64,000 nt of DNA from assembly GCA_963931055.1 (NCBI GenBank), contig OZ006987.1, positions 1,003,652-1,067,651 on the forward strand, read 5' to 3'. Origin of the DNA: an uncultured Bacteroidales bacterium. GTDB taxonomy: Bacteria > Bacteroidota > Bacteroidia > Bacteroidales > UBA932. The notes under the pieces were generated by a model. The model searched no databases. It was not told the origin of the DNA and saw only the letters and a program-made list of their open reading frames with translations. Both the position numbers and the translations under genes were made by a program. Position 1 is the first letter of the stretch. Each line of letters opens with the position of its first letter. Below are positions 47,472 through 57,327 of this stretch, piece by piece.

Positions 47472-48653
47472 ATGAGAACAAAATCGCACTTACTGAAAGT
47501 ACTTGCCGCAGGAGCGGCCGCCGTCATCGCAACCGCATGCGGACAGAAAAATGACGGAGAACTCATCAGCGTCAATTTCAACCGGGTCAGCCAGGCCCCG
47601 GCAATGAATATCTCCGAACTGGCAGGAGAGCCTGAGTTCATAGCCCTGGACAGCAGGGTCGAGGCATTCGCCACCGGCTACACCTACGCATTCAGCGACC
47701 ACTACATCTGCATCGGCGCATCCATGCGCGGCCCGGCCAAGCTCTACGACCGCGCGACCGGCAAATTCCTCCGTGACGTAGGAGCCATCGGACGCGGCCC
47801 GGGCGAATACCTCAACACCTACGGCTCTCCGAGGATAGACGAGGAGGACGGCACCGTCTGGCTCCTGCCCTGGCAGACCAAGACTCTCCTGGGCTTCGAC
47901 ATCGCTACCGGCAAGTTCAAAAAGGAGGTTCCTCTGAAATACGGCGTGCCCAAAGGACAGTTCCAGGTAGACTCGAAGGCCGGCACAGTAACCGTCGCCG
48001 CTCTGCCGTTCAGGGATATGGTACCGGTGATTGCATGGCAGCAGGACATGCAGGGCAATGTACTCTGGGAGATACCTGCCGGCCACCTGACCATGACACC
48101 CGAATTCAGCAATGAGATAGAGAGCAGCGGCAACGTGGAAGAAATCTTTGACCTGTCGCTCATAACCTGGGGCGGCGGACAGGACTCACTGTATGTAATC
48201 AATAAGGGTGCCGTCAATCCGGTCTACACTATAGACTTCCACACCAAGGAGGTGGAATCCGAGGACTACAACCTCAACGTCAACGAGGATGCCCCCATCC
48301 ACTCCTATATCATGCTGCCCGGACACTTCATCACCAGCGTAAGCTACCCCGTACAGACTGAATGGGGATTCAGCACCGGCAAGCCCGAATACGTCATCAC
48401 CGACCGGCGCACGGGAGAAAGCATCAGAACGACATTCTACAACGACTACCTGGCCAAAGAAACCGACTACGTATCCTTCACCGGCGGCTACTGGTACACT
48501 GTCCTCGACCCGGAGACCTTTATCGAAGTTGCGGAGAACGCTCTGAAAGAAGGCAATCTCTCCGAGGAGAACAAGGCCCGCATCCAGGAAATCCTCGACG
48601 GCCTCACCCCCGAGAGCAACAACATCCTGATGCTCGCACCTATAAAAAAATAA
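47472..48653 (+). CDS. 6-bladed beta-propeller lipoprotein (BF3164-like family)
   Basis: Lipobox VIATAC. The GRGPGEY motif (DVGAIGRGPGEYLN) and the length are typical of this Bacteroidales lipoprotein family, as I recall it. Confidence 0.55.
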   Translation: MRTKSHLLKVLAAGAAAVIATACGQKNDGELISVNFNRVSQAPAMNISELAGEPEFIALDSRVEAFATGYTYAFSDHYICIGASMRGPAKLYDRATGKFLRDVGAIGRGPGEYLNTYGSPRIDEEDGTVWLLPWQTKTLLGFDIATGKFKKEVPLKYGVPKGQFQVDSKAGTVTVAALPFRDMVPVIAWQQDMQGNVLWEIPAGHLTMTPEFSNEIESSGNVEEIFDLSLITWGGGQDSLYVINKGAVNPVYTIDFHTKEVESEDYNLNVNEDAPIHSYIMLPGHFITSVSYPVQTEWGFSTGKPEYVITDRRTGESIRTTFYNDYLAKETDYVSFTGGYWYTVLDPETFIEVAENALKEGNLSEENKARIQEILDGLTPESNNILMLAPIKK

Positions 48654-48743
48654 AATGTTCCGCCGTTATTTGGCGGTTTCCCGCATTTTTATATTAACTT
48701 TGGTTCGTTAAGCGAATTATTAATCTTCTAAAATCAAAATTTC

Positions 48744-50948
48744 ATGAAGAAACTACCCTATCTTCCCCTGCTGTTCACAGCACTTCTATCATTTTTTGTT
48801 ATCGCTGGATGCGAGGAACAGATTAAGCCTGACGAGCCTGCATTCCTGGAACTCGACCCCTCTGACGAGATAGTCTTTGAAGCAGCGGGCGGCACCGAGA
48901 CCGTAAGGGTTGTCTCTAACAGGAACTGGGAGGTGAGTGCCGAAAAGTCCGGACACTTCTCCGTCCAGACACTGACAGACACCACGTTCTCGATTACAGC
49001 CGCGCCCAATGAAAGCGAGGAAGACATCCCGGCCGTCACCGTCACAGTTACAGCCGGTGAAGGAGATGATTCCGTCACCGAAACCATTCTGGTGAGCCAG
49101 AAAGGCCGGTCAGCCGTAACATTGACACTTGACCCCTCTGAAGACATCGTGTTCGGAGCCGAGGGCGGCACAGAGACAATAACCGTCACATCCAATGCCG
49201 AATGGACCGTAGAATCGGACAATCCTGAGCATTTCCCTGTGGAAAAGATCAGTGAGACACAGTTTACGGTAAGCGCTGCCGCCAATTCCGATGCAGAGAA
49301 ACTTCCCACAGCGACCGTCACCGTCACTGCCGGAGAAGACGGGGCAGTTCAGACCGCGACACTGAAAGTAAGCCAGCTGGGTCCCGACCCTCTGGTGCTG
49401 ACCATAGTTCTGGAGAATATTACGGCGACATCGACGGACATGACCGTAACACCTTCTGTAGAGACGGCCAGATATTATTTCGATGTAATCCAGAAAAGTA
49501 TCCTGAACGAGCATCACTCCGGAGATCTCGCCGTCTACATGGAGAACATGATGGCGGAGGCGATTAATAATTACGGAAGTGTGGAGGAAGCCATGAATGT
49601 TCTGTGCGACACAGGGACGCAGAGCTTGACATTCGACAACCTGAGACCTGAGACAGAGTATGTGGCTTTCGCCGCCGGATTGAACGACGAGGGCAAGGTG
49701 TCTTCCGAGATAGCATCAGAGGAATACGCCACACTTGAAATGCCCGGAACATCCTTCGAGGTAGAGTTCAGCAACACCACTTACGACGGAACCGACTATA
49801 CGGTGACACCCAGCAATGACTCTGTTTTATACTATCACTGCGTACGTCCCGTGGCCGAATATGAGGCCCTCACCGACGAAGAGATTATGGACGCGATCCT
49901 GACCGAGGACGGATTCGTCATCCCCTTCTACTCCACAAGCGGGGTCAGCGAATACACCAATGAGCACGTGAACCTGGCCGGCACAAGATACATGGTACTG
50001 ATATTCGGAGTCTCGGGCGGATACTACGACGTAGTGCCCACCACAGAGATATTCCGGTTTGATTACACTACCCTGTCTCCTGAAACCGATCCACAGGACT
50101 GCACATTCGATTTTGAATTCACCAACATCACGGCAAAGAGCGCGGACGTGAAGATAACCCCTTCCGATGAGTACGTACCCTACATCTACGACCTGATTGC
50201 CGAAGAGGATTATCTGGCCTACAAGGACGACATGGCGGGATATGTGGCCGAGTACATCGAGAATAACGTTACAAGCATCGACTATGCCCGCCACGACGGA
50301 GTGCAGACCTACATGTATTACCAGACTCTTGAGCCCGGCACCACCTACTACAACTGGGTCGCCTGCATCGACGAGTACGGCGACCTTACAGCCGATGTTG
50401 TAATCAGCCCGTCTTTCTCCACAATACCCAGACAGGAGAGTACCGCCACTGTCACGGCAGTAGTGAACCAGTACTTTGACGGAGACGAACTGCACGAGAT
50501 GTATCCCGATGATTATCCTGACGGACAGGGCAAAGTATATGTATCCGTGACATTCACCGCCAGCGAGGATGCCAAGACATGGTATGGCGAGATGGTGGAG
50601 GAAGACCCGAATGATCCCACTTCGGCAATCTCCGATCAGGAAATAGCGGAGACCCTCAGCTACAGCGGTTCATGGTGCCCTACAGAGAAACTTTACTGGG
50701 CCAACTGGGACACCGAGCACACCATCCTGGCCGTAGCCATCGGTCCCGATGAGAACTACAGCAAGGTATTCCGCCTTACCACCACCTTCACAAAAGAAGG
50801 AGCCAATGACATCTCCGAATTTGAAAAACCGGAATACCCCTACTACGCCCCCGGACATTCCAGGACAGAACTCGACAGCCCCGTCCACATGCCCAAGGTC
50901 GTAATGTACAAATCCGTTGACAGCGAACCCAAAAAGGCATCCCGATGA
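48744..50948 (+). CDS. surface lipoprotein: two BACON-like domains plus four ~110-130 aa repeated modules
   Basis: Lipobox FVIAGC. Two BACON-like units (LELDPSDEIVFEAAGGTETVRVVSNRNWEV...TILVSQ and TLDPSEDIVFGAEGGTETITVTSNAEWTV...LKVSQ). The modules start at ITATSTDMTVTPS..ARYYFDV, FSNTTYDGTDYTVTPSNDSVLYYHCV and FTNITAKSADVKITPSDEYVPYIYDL. Confidence 0.6.
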   Translation: MKKLPYLPLLFTALLSFFVIAGCEEQIKPDEPAFLELDPSDEIVFEAAGGTETVRVVSNRNWEVSAEKSGHFSVQTLTDTTFSITAAPNESEEDIPAVTVTVTAGEGDDSVTETILVSQKGRSAVTLTLDPSEDIVFGAEGGTETITVTSNAEWTVESDNPEHFPVEKISETQFTVSAAANSDAEKLPTATVTVTAGEDGAVQTATLKVSQLGPDPLVLTIVLENITATSTDMTVTPSVETARYYFDVIQKSILNEHHSGDLAVYMENMMAEAINNYGSVEEAMNVLCDTGTQSLTFDNLRPETEYVAFAAGLNDEGKVSSEIASEEYATLEMPGTSFEVEFSNTTYDGTDYTVTPSNDSVLYYHCVRPVAEYEALTDEEIMDAILTEDGFVIPFYSTSGVSEYTNEHVNLAGTRYMVLIFGVSGGYYDVVPTTEIFRFDYTTLSPETDPQDCTFDFEFTNITAKSADVKITPSDEYVPYIYDLIAEEDYLAYKDDMAGYVAEYIENNVTSIDYARHDGVQTYMYYQTLEPGTTYYNWVACIDEYGDLTADVVISPSFSTIPRQESTATVTAVVNQYFDGDELHEMYPDDYPDGQGKVYVSVTFTASEDAKTWYGEMVEEDPNDPTSAISDQEIAETLSYSGSWCPTEKLYWANWDTEHTILAVAIGPDENYSKVFRLTTTFTKEGANDISEFEKPEYPYYAPGHSRTELDSPVHMPKVVMYKSVDSEPKKASR

Positions 50949-52843
50949 AAACTGCCCGTATCAATGGAATAATATTGTTCTGCGCACTTCTGCCGATGCT
51001 CGCCGCATTGGCAGGATGCGTGGACAAGACCCCGGCAACGCCGGATCCGGTCATTTCTGTCGCAGACCCTTCCCCGATAGCACCCGAAGGCGGAACCTTT
51101 GAACTGGCAGTCAACGTAACCAATCCGGTCGAAGGAGTGACGCTGGAAGCAGTATGCTCCGAGACATGGCTCCATATCGAATCCGTGACTGACGGCAGGA
51201 TGACTGCGGAAGTGGAGGCGAACGGCTCCGCCACGGAAAGAACTGCCGAAATCACTTTTACGTATGAAGGAGCAGAGCCCGTAAATGTCACCGCACTGCA
51301 ATACGGCACGTCCGTTCCGTTTGTCCTGACACCCGGTGCTGCTTACTACGACACACTCAGCGTACACGTGACTCCTGCCGATCCAGAGATGACATATCTG
51401 GTAATGGCGCAGCCGTCAGATGAGTTTGCAGCTGACAGTGCCGAAGAATGGACTATCGGATACGTGGAGAATCTCGCGGACATCAACGGAATGACCTTCG
51501 CAGATGTCCTGAGTCTCTACTCCTATCAGGGAGAGCAGGATGCCGCAGTCTACGGTCTCTACCCCAACACTGAGCACACCGTCTATGTATATAGTCCGGA
51601 CGCATCCGGCAATGCACTCACCGATATCTTCACATGCACGATGGAGACGCTTCCGGTACCCGACGGCCAGCCCAGCGGATGTACGATCGACATTACGGTG
51701 TCCGGTGTGACAGACAACAGCGCGGCTGTGACTTTCCGGCCCTCCGACGAATCGGTATACTACTATTATGAAGTATTCGACGAGGCAGGATACGGAGAAG
51801 TCAGCCAGGACTGGAACGCCTACATCTACAACTACATGACCTCGCGCGTCATCCATCCGCTGACACTTGAGGAGACCATAAGGGTAATCTGCACCTACGG
51901 AGAGTACACCCAGTATGCATCCGGTCTGACTGAGGAAACCAGACACTACGCCTGCGCCGTAGGGGTGGACATGACGGCCCTGACCATCACCGATGTGACA
52001 GTCGAGGAGTTCACTACGACAGAATTCATAGAGATAGACTATACGCTGGACTTCAGCGTAAAAGACGTGACTTCCAGAACTGCCGTAATAACGGCTCAGG
52101 CCAGGGACTCAAGAGCATTCTACTACTGGAACGTAATGACTTCAGAGCAGTATCTGGAGCTCGGGGGTGACGAAGAGACTATCAGCCGGTGGTTTCTGGA
52201 CATGATGAATGAGAGAAGAATCGAGCAGTACGGAGAATATGCGTACTTAATCTCTCTGCCTGACTACATCTACATGCAGTGTACACGCGGAGCTGAGCCC
52301 GATGAGTACTCATTCACCTCCCTGACCGGCGACACCGAGTATTATGTCTACGGATTCTGGATTGACGAGACCACAGGAGAAAAGGCATCCGCTTCCTCAT
52401 TCAGCGAGCCGTTCACTACTCCGGAGGTCGTGACATCCTCAGCTACAGTGACAGCAGAGGCCATCCTGACCGACGGTGACGACTGGAGAGAACTCAACCT
52501 GATGGCTTTCGGACACTACGGCGGATACGCAATTCTCGGAGCAGAACTTACCTACAGCGACAATGCCGTAAAATGGTACTCGAATATCTACGACATCTCC
52601 CAGCTTTCCTTTTCTGACGATGAACTTATAACCTCTCTTCTGCAGCAAGGTTACTACAACAAGGACCGCTACCACCTTTCCTACGGAGCGGAATGGGACA
52701 AGGAATATGTAATCCTCAGTGTTGCGGTAGACGCGGACGGAAATGTCGGGGAACTGCACAAATGCAGGTTCACAGCGACCAAAGACGATGCGCTGCCTAT
52801 CGACAGCATCCCGGAGCTTTTCCCCGAGGACTTCGAGATGTAG
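50945..52843 (+). CDS. surface lipoprotein paralog: one BACON-like domain plus the same repeated modules
   Basis: ATGA overlap with the previous gene. Lipobox ALAGC. BACON-like ISVADPSPIAPEGGTFELAVNVTNP...NVTALQ. Modules VSGVTDNSAAVTFRPSDESVYYYYEV and FSVKDVTSRTAVITAQARDSRAFYYWNV. The terminal module parallels that of the upstream protein. Confidence 0.6.
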   Translation: MKTARINGIILFCALLPMLAALAGCVDKTPATPDPVISVADPSPIAPEGGTFELAVNVTNPVEGVTLEAVCSETWLHIESVTDGRMTAEVEANGSATERTAEITFTYEGAEPVNVTALQYGTSVPFVLTPGAAYYDTLSVHVTPADPEMTYLVMAQPSDEFAADSAEEWTIGYVENLADINGMTFADVLSLYSYQGEQDAAVYGLYPNTEHTVYVYSPDASGNALTDIFTCTMETLPVPDGQPSGCTIDITVSGVTDNSAAVTFRPSDESVYYYYEVFDEAGYGEVSQDWNAYIYNYMTSRVIHPLTLEETIRVICTYGEYTQYASGLTEETRHYACAVGVDMTALTITDVTVEEFTTTEFIEIDYTLDFSVKDVTSRTAVITAQARDSRAFYYWNVMTSEQYLELGGDEETISRWFLDMMNERRIEQYGEYAYLISLPDYIYMQCTRGAEPDEYSFTSLTGDTEYYVYGFWIDETTGEKASASSFSEPFTTPEVVTSSATVTAEAILTDGDDWRELNLMAFGHYGGYAILGAELTYSDNAVKWYSNIYDISQLSFSDDELITSLLQQGYYNKDRYHLSYGAEWDKEYVILSVAVDADGNVGELHKCRFTATKDDALPIDSIPELFPEDFEM

Positions 52844-52870
52844 GCCATCATACGGCCCAACCAACAAAAA

Positions 52871-52906
52871 GGCCGGAGGGGACACGATGTCCTTCCGGCC
52901 TTTTCT
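52871..52906. terminator. bidirectional terminator hairpin between the BACON pair and tsf
   Basis: GGCCGGAGGGGACA-CGA-TGTCCTTCCGGCC, flanked by an A run upstream and a T run downstream. Confidence 0.7.
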
Positions 52907-52933
52907 ATGTGAGTGCCCTTTAAGGGCGGGGGA

Positions 52934-53929
52934 TTAGTCTACGAGGGAGATGCGCTTGAAGACGGTCACCTTGGCATCCTTGTCTACGGCTGCGATAGCG
53001 GCCTTGACGGAAGTCTTGCCGTCGCCCATCTGGTACTCCTGCTCCTCGAGGGTGTTCTCCTTGAAGAACTTGTTCAGACGGCCGTTGGCGATGTTGTTGA
53101 CCATGGCTTCCTGGAGATTGGCGGCCTTCTCAGCTGAGACGGTCTTGATGATCTCGCGGGCCTGATCAGCCTGCTCGGGGGTGAGCCAGCCTTTGGCGGT
53201 ATTGGACTGGATGTGGTCCTCGCTGTCAACGTGGGCGGGATTGATACCGGCCTTGCTGAGAGCGGCGTCCACAGCCTTCTTTACGAGTTCCTCCTTGGTC
53301 TTCTCCACGGCCACCTTGAGCTCCTCGTCAACAACACTCTGAGGCACGGCCTCCTTGTTGACTGCGACGGGATTCATGGATGCTACCTGCATGGCTACGC
53401 CCTTGGCGAGCTCTACGGGCACTTCCTTGTTGAAGCCGACGATTGCGCCGAGCTTACCGTTGATGGTGTGGATGTAGGAGATGATATAGGGAGCCTCGAC
53501 TTTCTCGTAAGCTACGAGGGAGTGCTTCTCACCGGTCTTGCCGATCTGTTCTGTGATGGCGGCCTCTACTGTGCGGCCGTCAGCGATGGTGCAGGCCTTG
53601 AGGGCCTCCATATCGGCGGGCATAGCCTTGATGGCTGCATCGGCGATGGCGTTTGCAAGAGCCTGGAACTCCTCGTTCTTGGCCACGAAGTCAGTCTCGC
53701 AGCCGAGGCACAGGAGGATACCCTTGCTGCCGTCCACCTTGGCTACGACAGCACCCTCGGAAGTCTCGCGGTCAGCTCTCTTGGCAGCCACGAGCTTGCC
53801 TTTCTCACGGATGATTTCCTTTGCTCTCTCATAGTCACCATTGGCCTCTACGAGAGCCTTCTTGCAGTCCATCATACCGGCTCCGGTCATCTTGCGGAGC
53901 TTCTGAACGTCTATTGCTTTAATTTCCAT
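52934..53929 (-). CDS. tsf: translation elongation factor Ts
   Basis: [27 protein letters not shown]-terminal UBA-like domain. 331 aa. Confidence 0.95.
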   Translation of the reverse strand: MEIKAIDVQKLRKMTGAGMMDCKKALVEANGDYERAKEIIREKGKLVAAKRADRETSEGAVVAKVDGSKGILLCLGCETDFVAKNEEFQALANAIADAAIKAMPADMEALKACTIADGRTVEAAITEQIGKTGEKHSLVAYEKVEAPYIISYIHTINGKLGAIVGFNKEVPVELAKGVAMQVASMNPVAVNKEAVPQSVVDEELKVAVEKTKEELVKKAVDAALSKAGINPAHVDSEDHIQSNTAKGWLTPEQADQAREIIKTVSAEKAANLQEAMVNNIANGRLNKFFKENTLEEQEYQMGDGKTSVKAAIAAVDKDAKVTVFKRISLVD

Positions 53930-53946
53930 GGTTACCTTATTTTAAA

Positions 53947-54804
53947 TTACTCCTTTACTTCTGCGGGCTCAGCGGGAGCTGCGGGAGCCTCTTCTGCCAC
54001 AGGCTCAGCTGCAGGTGCGGCCTCTGCCTTGGGAGCGGCACCCTTGCGGGGACGCATCTTCTTGCCGGAAGCGGCATTGTCAGCCTCGCGGGCCTCCTCC
54101 TCTTTGTCCTTCTCGAGCTTTCTCTCTTCCAGTCCCTCCTTGATGGCTCCGCAAAGAGCATCGAGGATCACTGATACGGACTTGGCGGCGTCGTCGTTAC
54201 CGGGAATCACATAATCAATAGGTGTGGGATCGCAACATGTATCAACAACTGCGATAACCGGGATGTTGAGACGATTGGCCTCCTTTACGGCGTTCATCTC
54301 TTTCTGTACGTCCACTACGAAAAGGGCTGCAGGAAGACGGTTGAGGTCAGCTATGGAACCGAGGTTCTTCTCAAGCTTGGCTCTCTGACGGGTAATCTGG
54401 AGACGCTCACGCTTTGCGAGGGTCTCGAAGGTACCGTTGGTCATCATCTCGTCGATGGTGTGCATCTTCTTGACAGCTTTACGGATGGTGGGGAAGTTGG
54501 TGAGCATTCCACCGGGCCATCTCTCTGTCACATAAGGCATACCGACACCCTGCGCATATTCTGCGACGATGTCCTTAGCCTGTTTCTTGGTAGCCACGAA
54601 GAGGATACGGCGGCCCGCACGGGCAAGCTGCTTCATTACGTTCGCGGCCTCGTCTATCTTGACAACAGTCTTATGCAGGTCTATGATATGGATTCCGTTC
54701 TTCTCCATAAAGATGTAAGGAGCCATCTTGGGATTCCATTTTCTCTTCAGGTGACCGAAGTGAACACCTGCATCAAGTAAATCTTGGAAATTTGTTCTGG
54801 GCAT
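53947..54804 (-). CDS. rpsB: 30S ribosomal protein S2 with an Ala/Glu/Pro-rich C-terminal tail
   Basis: MPRTNFQDLLDAGVHFGHLKRKWNPKM. ATG at 54804 preferred because the track start at 54837 is a TTG. Confidence 0.95.
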   Translation of the reverse strand: MPRTNFQDLLDAGVHFGHLKRKWNPKMAPYIFMEKNGIHIIDLHKTVVKIDEAANVMKQLARAGRRILFVATKKQAKDIVAEYAQGVGMPYVTERWPGGMLTNFPTIRKAVKKMHTIDEMMTNGTFETLAKRERLQITRQRAKLEKNLGSIADLNRLPAALFVVDVQKEMNAVKEANRLNIPVIAVVDTCCDPTPIDYVIPGNDDAAKSVSVILDALCGAIKEGLEERKLEKDKEEEAREADNAASGKKMRPRKGAAPKAEAAPAAEPVAEEAPAAPAEPAEVKE

Positions 54805-54979
54805 TGTTTTGTTAAATTTTGTCTCTGTTTTATACAAGAGTTCTCTTTGTTAATCTCGAAGTAGCGGCCATGCTGCCGGTCTTCCAAATTTCTCGCAGCA
54901 GGACAAACGCGCAGTAACCTTTACAGGGGTCTGTCCGTTTTGAATCCTGACTGTGCATTCTGAATGTTCTACGTAAATA

Positions 54980-55369
54980 CTAACGTTTGCTGAACTGGAA
55001 GCGTCTACGTGCACCGGGCTGTCCGGGTTTCTTCCTCTCGACCTCGCGGGCATCGCGGGTGAGGAAACCGTTGGACTTCAGAACCGGACGATAGGCCTCC
55101 TTGTTGATCTCGCAGAGTGCGCGGGATATGGCAAGGCGGAGTGCCTCGGCCTGACCTTTGATGCCACCGCCGTCAAGATTGACTTTGATGTCGAAATCGG
55201 TCAGAGTCTCAGTCACATTCAGAGGCTGTCTCACGATATAACGGAGAGTCTCCTCCTTGAAGTACTCCTCAAGGGTACGGCCGTTGATGGTGATGTTGCC
55301 TTTGCCTGTAGTCACATAAACGCGAGCGACAGCAGATTTACGTCTTCCAAGGGCGTTGATTACTTCCAT
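54980..55369 (-). CDS. rpsI: 30S ribosomal protein S9
   Basis: [10 protein letters not shown] near the N-terminus and a C-terminal [10 protein letters not shown]. Confidence 0.95.
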   Translation of the reverse strand: MEVINALGRRKSAVARVYVTTGKGNITINGRTLEEYFKEETLRYIVRQPLNVTETLTDFDIKVNLDGGGIKGQAEALRLAISRALCEINKEAYRPVLKSNGFLTRDAREVERKKPGQPGARRRFQFSKR

Positions 55370-55376
55370 GCTCTGT

Positions 55377-55832
55377 TTACTTTTGTTCGTTAATGTTGAT
55401 TAATACTGGTGATTGAGCCTGATGAGGATGCTCGGGACCTGCGTATACATGAAGGTTCCTGTACATCTTGGCACCCAGGCGGGTCTTGGGGAGCATCTTG
55501 CGGATGGCCTCCCTCACTACGGCTTCCGGCTTGCGTGCGAGAAGCTCCTTGGGAGTAGCGAAACGCTGACCTCCGGGATAGCCGGTGTGACGTACATAGA
55601 CCTTATCTGTGAGCTTCTTCCCGGTGAAACGGACTTTCTCGGCGTTGATTATGATGACATAATCGCCGCAGTCCATGTTCGGGGTGTAGTACACCTTGTT
55701 CTTGCCGCGCAGCATGATAGCCACTTTGGAAGCAAGGCGACCCACGATCTGGTCTGTTGCATCAACCACTACCCATTTCTTCTCGATCATGTTCGGGTTA
55801 GCCGACACTGTTTTGTAGCTTAATGTGTCCAC
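55377..55832 (-). CDS. rplM: 50S ribosomal protein L13
   Basis: (M)[24 protein letters not shown]...[17 protein letters not shown] start. Confidence 0.95.
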   Translation of the reverse strand: MDTLSYKTVSANPNMIEKKWVVVDATDQIVGRLASKVAIMLRGKNKVYYTPNMDCGDYVIIINAEKVRFTGKKLTDKVYVRHTGYPGGQRFATPKELLARKPEAVVREAIRKMLPKTRLGAKMYRNLHVYAGPEHPHQAQSPVLININEQK

Positions 55833-55893
55833 TGTGTTGATTTTTAAGTTAATACATTAAATTTTGTTGCAATCCCCCTATTATAAGGGGGTG

Positions 55894-55901
55894 CAAAGAT
55901 A
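55894..55901 (-). promoter_or_regulatory. candidate -7 promoter box (TATCTTTG) for rplM-rpsI
   Basis: TAnnTTTG on the minus strand. A short CCCCT/AGGGG hairpin (55875-55892) follows in the leader. Confidence 0.35.
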
Positions 55902-55939
55902 TACAAAATTTTCAACCCAGCAAAACAATCTACAGAGAA

Positions 55940-57022
55940 TCAGAAGATACGATAGCTCAGAATTGACAGATGCGTCATATCCGAATCCACGCTGGAGGCA
56001 TAAACAACACCATCTCCATCGCCGACACTAAGCACAGAATAAGATGTCAGCCCCTGAGGTCGGAAAGCCTTAACCAAAGCTCCTTCCCAGTTCAGGACAA
56101 CCAGCAGCAGGTCTTTCTCCTCACCGTCAGCCTCATACATATAGGTCTGCGGTCTTTCCACTTTCTGGTCATCCTTTATCCCGTTCCAAAGAAGGTATAT
56201 ATAATCATCGTCGGCACAGGCAGACTGCCACGTGGTCAGCGGAAGTTCTTCCCATACAATATTGATATCGCCGTTCTGCCTGTACAGGGGCATCTCAGTA
56301 CCCGGTCCAAAGACCTTACGGACAAGACCAAGGGTATCATCATAGATTTCTACCAGCGGACAATACCTGTCCACGTATGCAATCCTGCCATTGGGAGAGG
56401 AGCACAGCAAGTCAGCATCCATAGCGGTATTGGAACGCAATTTCGTATCATCATAGCATATTTCCATCCCGTCAGAAAAGAACAGTCTGGGCTCACCGTT
56501 ACTTATACCCAAACGCTCATCCTCAAACCAGTAAGGATTGAGTGCCACAAAGCCGTCTCCATATGGCAATACCTCATTGGACGTGAACGCATACTTTCTG
56601 TCAATAAGATTTCCTCCAACAGGCACATCCGTACACGGCATCTGATAAACAACACTGTTGATGCGATCATGCACAACCATTCTTCCATCCGTAATCTCCA
56701 CTGACGCTCCAAGCACCTCATACGGCCCGTTTCCATAATGCAGATAATCAGTCACAGGCATCATGGTCTCTGTGTCATATACCTTTAAAAAGTACGATGT
56801 ACGGTCATCCATGCTCAGTACGGCATACCTTCCGTCAATCATCAAGGCATGTGAGGAAAGGACAGTATCCGAGAATATGCATACTGTATCCGGAAACACT
56901 TTCTGTGCTGTATCATAGATTGATTCATCCAAAACAACTGCGTCATTATCGAGTGTTTCTGTACAAGACAAATGCGTAATAAGAGCAATTGACAAGACAA
57001 CAAGAATAAGCCCTTTTTTCAT
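55940..57022 (-). CDS. 6-bladed beta-propeller lipoprotein (BF3164-like), second copy in the window
   Basis: Lipobox ITHLSC. YGNGPYEV parallels the GPGEY motif of 47472..48653. Similar length. Confidence 0.5.
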   Translation of the reverse strand: MKKGLILVVLSIALITHLSCTETLDNDAVVLDESIYDTAQKVFPDTVCIFSDTVLSSHALMIDGRYAVLSMDDRTSYFLKVYDTETMMPVTDYLHYGNGPYEVLGASVEITDGRMVVHDRINSVVYQMPCTDVPVGGNLIDRKYAFTSNEVLPYGDGFVALNPYWFEDERLGISNGEPRLFFSDGMEICYDDTKLRSNTAMDADLLCSSPNGRIAYVDRYCPLVEIYDDTLGLVRKVFGPGTEMPLYRQNGDINIVWEELPLTTWQSACADDDYIYLLWNGIKDDQKVERPQTYMYEADGEEKDLLLVVLNWEGALVKAFRPQGLTSYSVLSVGDGDGVVYASSVDSDMTHLSILSYRIF

Positions 57023-57102
57023 ACTTCCTGAATTTTATTTTCTGACAAATTTAGGATTTTTGCTATATTTGAGGCACAAAACCTATTAACCTTGTATCCG
57101 TT

Positions 57103-57327
57103 ATGAAGAAAATCGAAATCTCTCTGCAAAGAAAAATAGCCGCAGTGGCTATCTGCATCGCACTCGCAGTAGTGACATACATCCTGATCTCATACATATG
57201 CCGCGAGTGGCTGCACATGAACTCCGACTTCCTGCGCATCTTCAGCAGCCTGGTAATAGCCGTTCCCGTAGGAGCCGTCGCCTGCAAGGCCCTTATAGAG
57301 TCGTGGACAGGGGAGAAGATTGAGTAG
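57103..57327 (+). CDS. hypothetical small two-TMS membrane protein
   Basis: 74 aa with two clear hydrophobic helices. It overlaps the dusB 3' end by 35 bp (convergent). No homology recognised. Confidence 0.3.
   Translation: MKKIEISLQRKIAAVAICIALAVVTYILISYICREWLHMNSDFLRIFSSLVIAVPVGAVACKALIESWTGEKIE

Noticed and set aside
54805-54979. A 175 nt spacer between rpsI and rpsB with possible stems (TGCTGC/GCAGCA, GGACA/TGTCC), considered as a ribosomal-protein leader.
   Set aside because: The stems are short and I recognise no conserved leader motif. Without covariation data this is not supportable.
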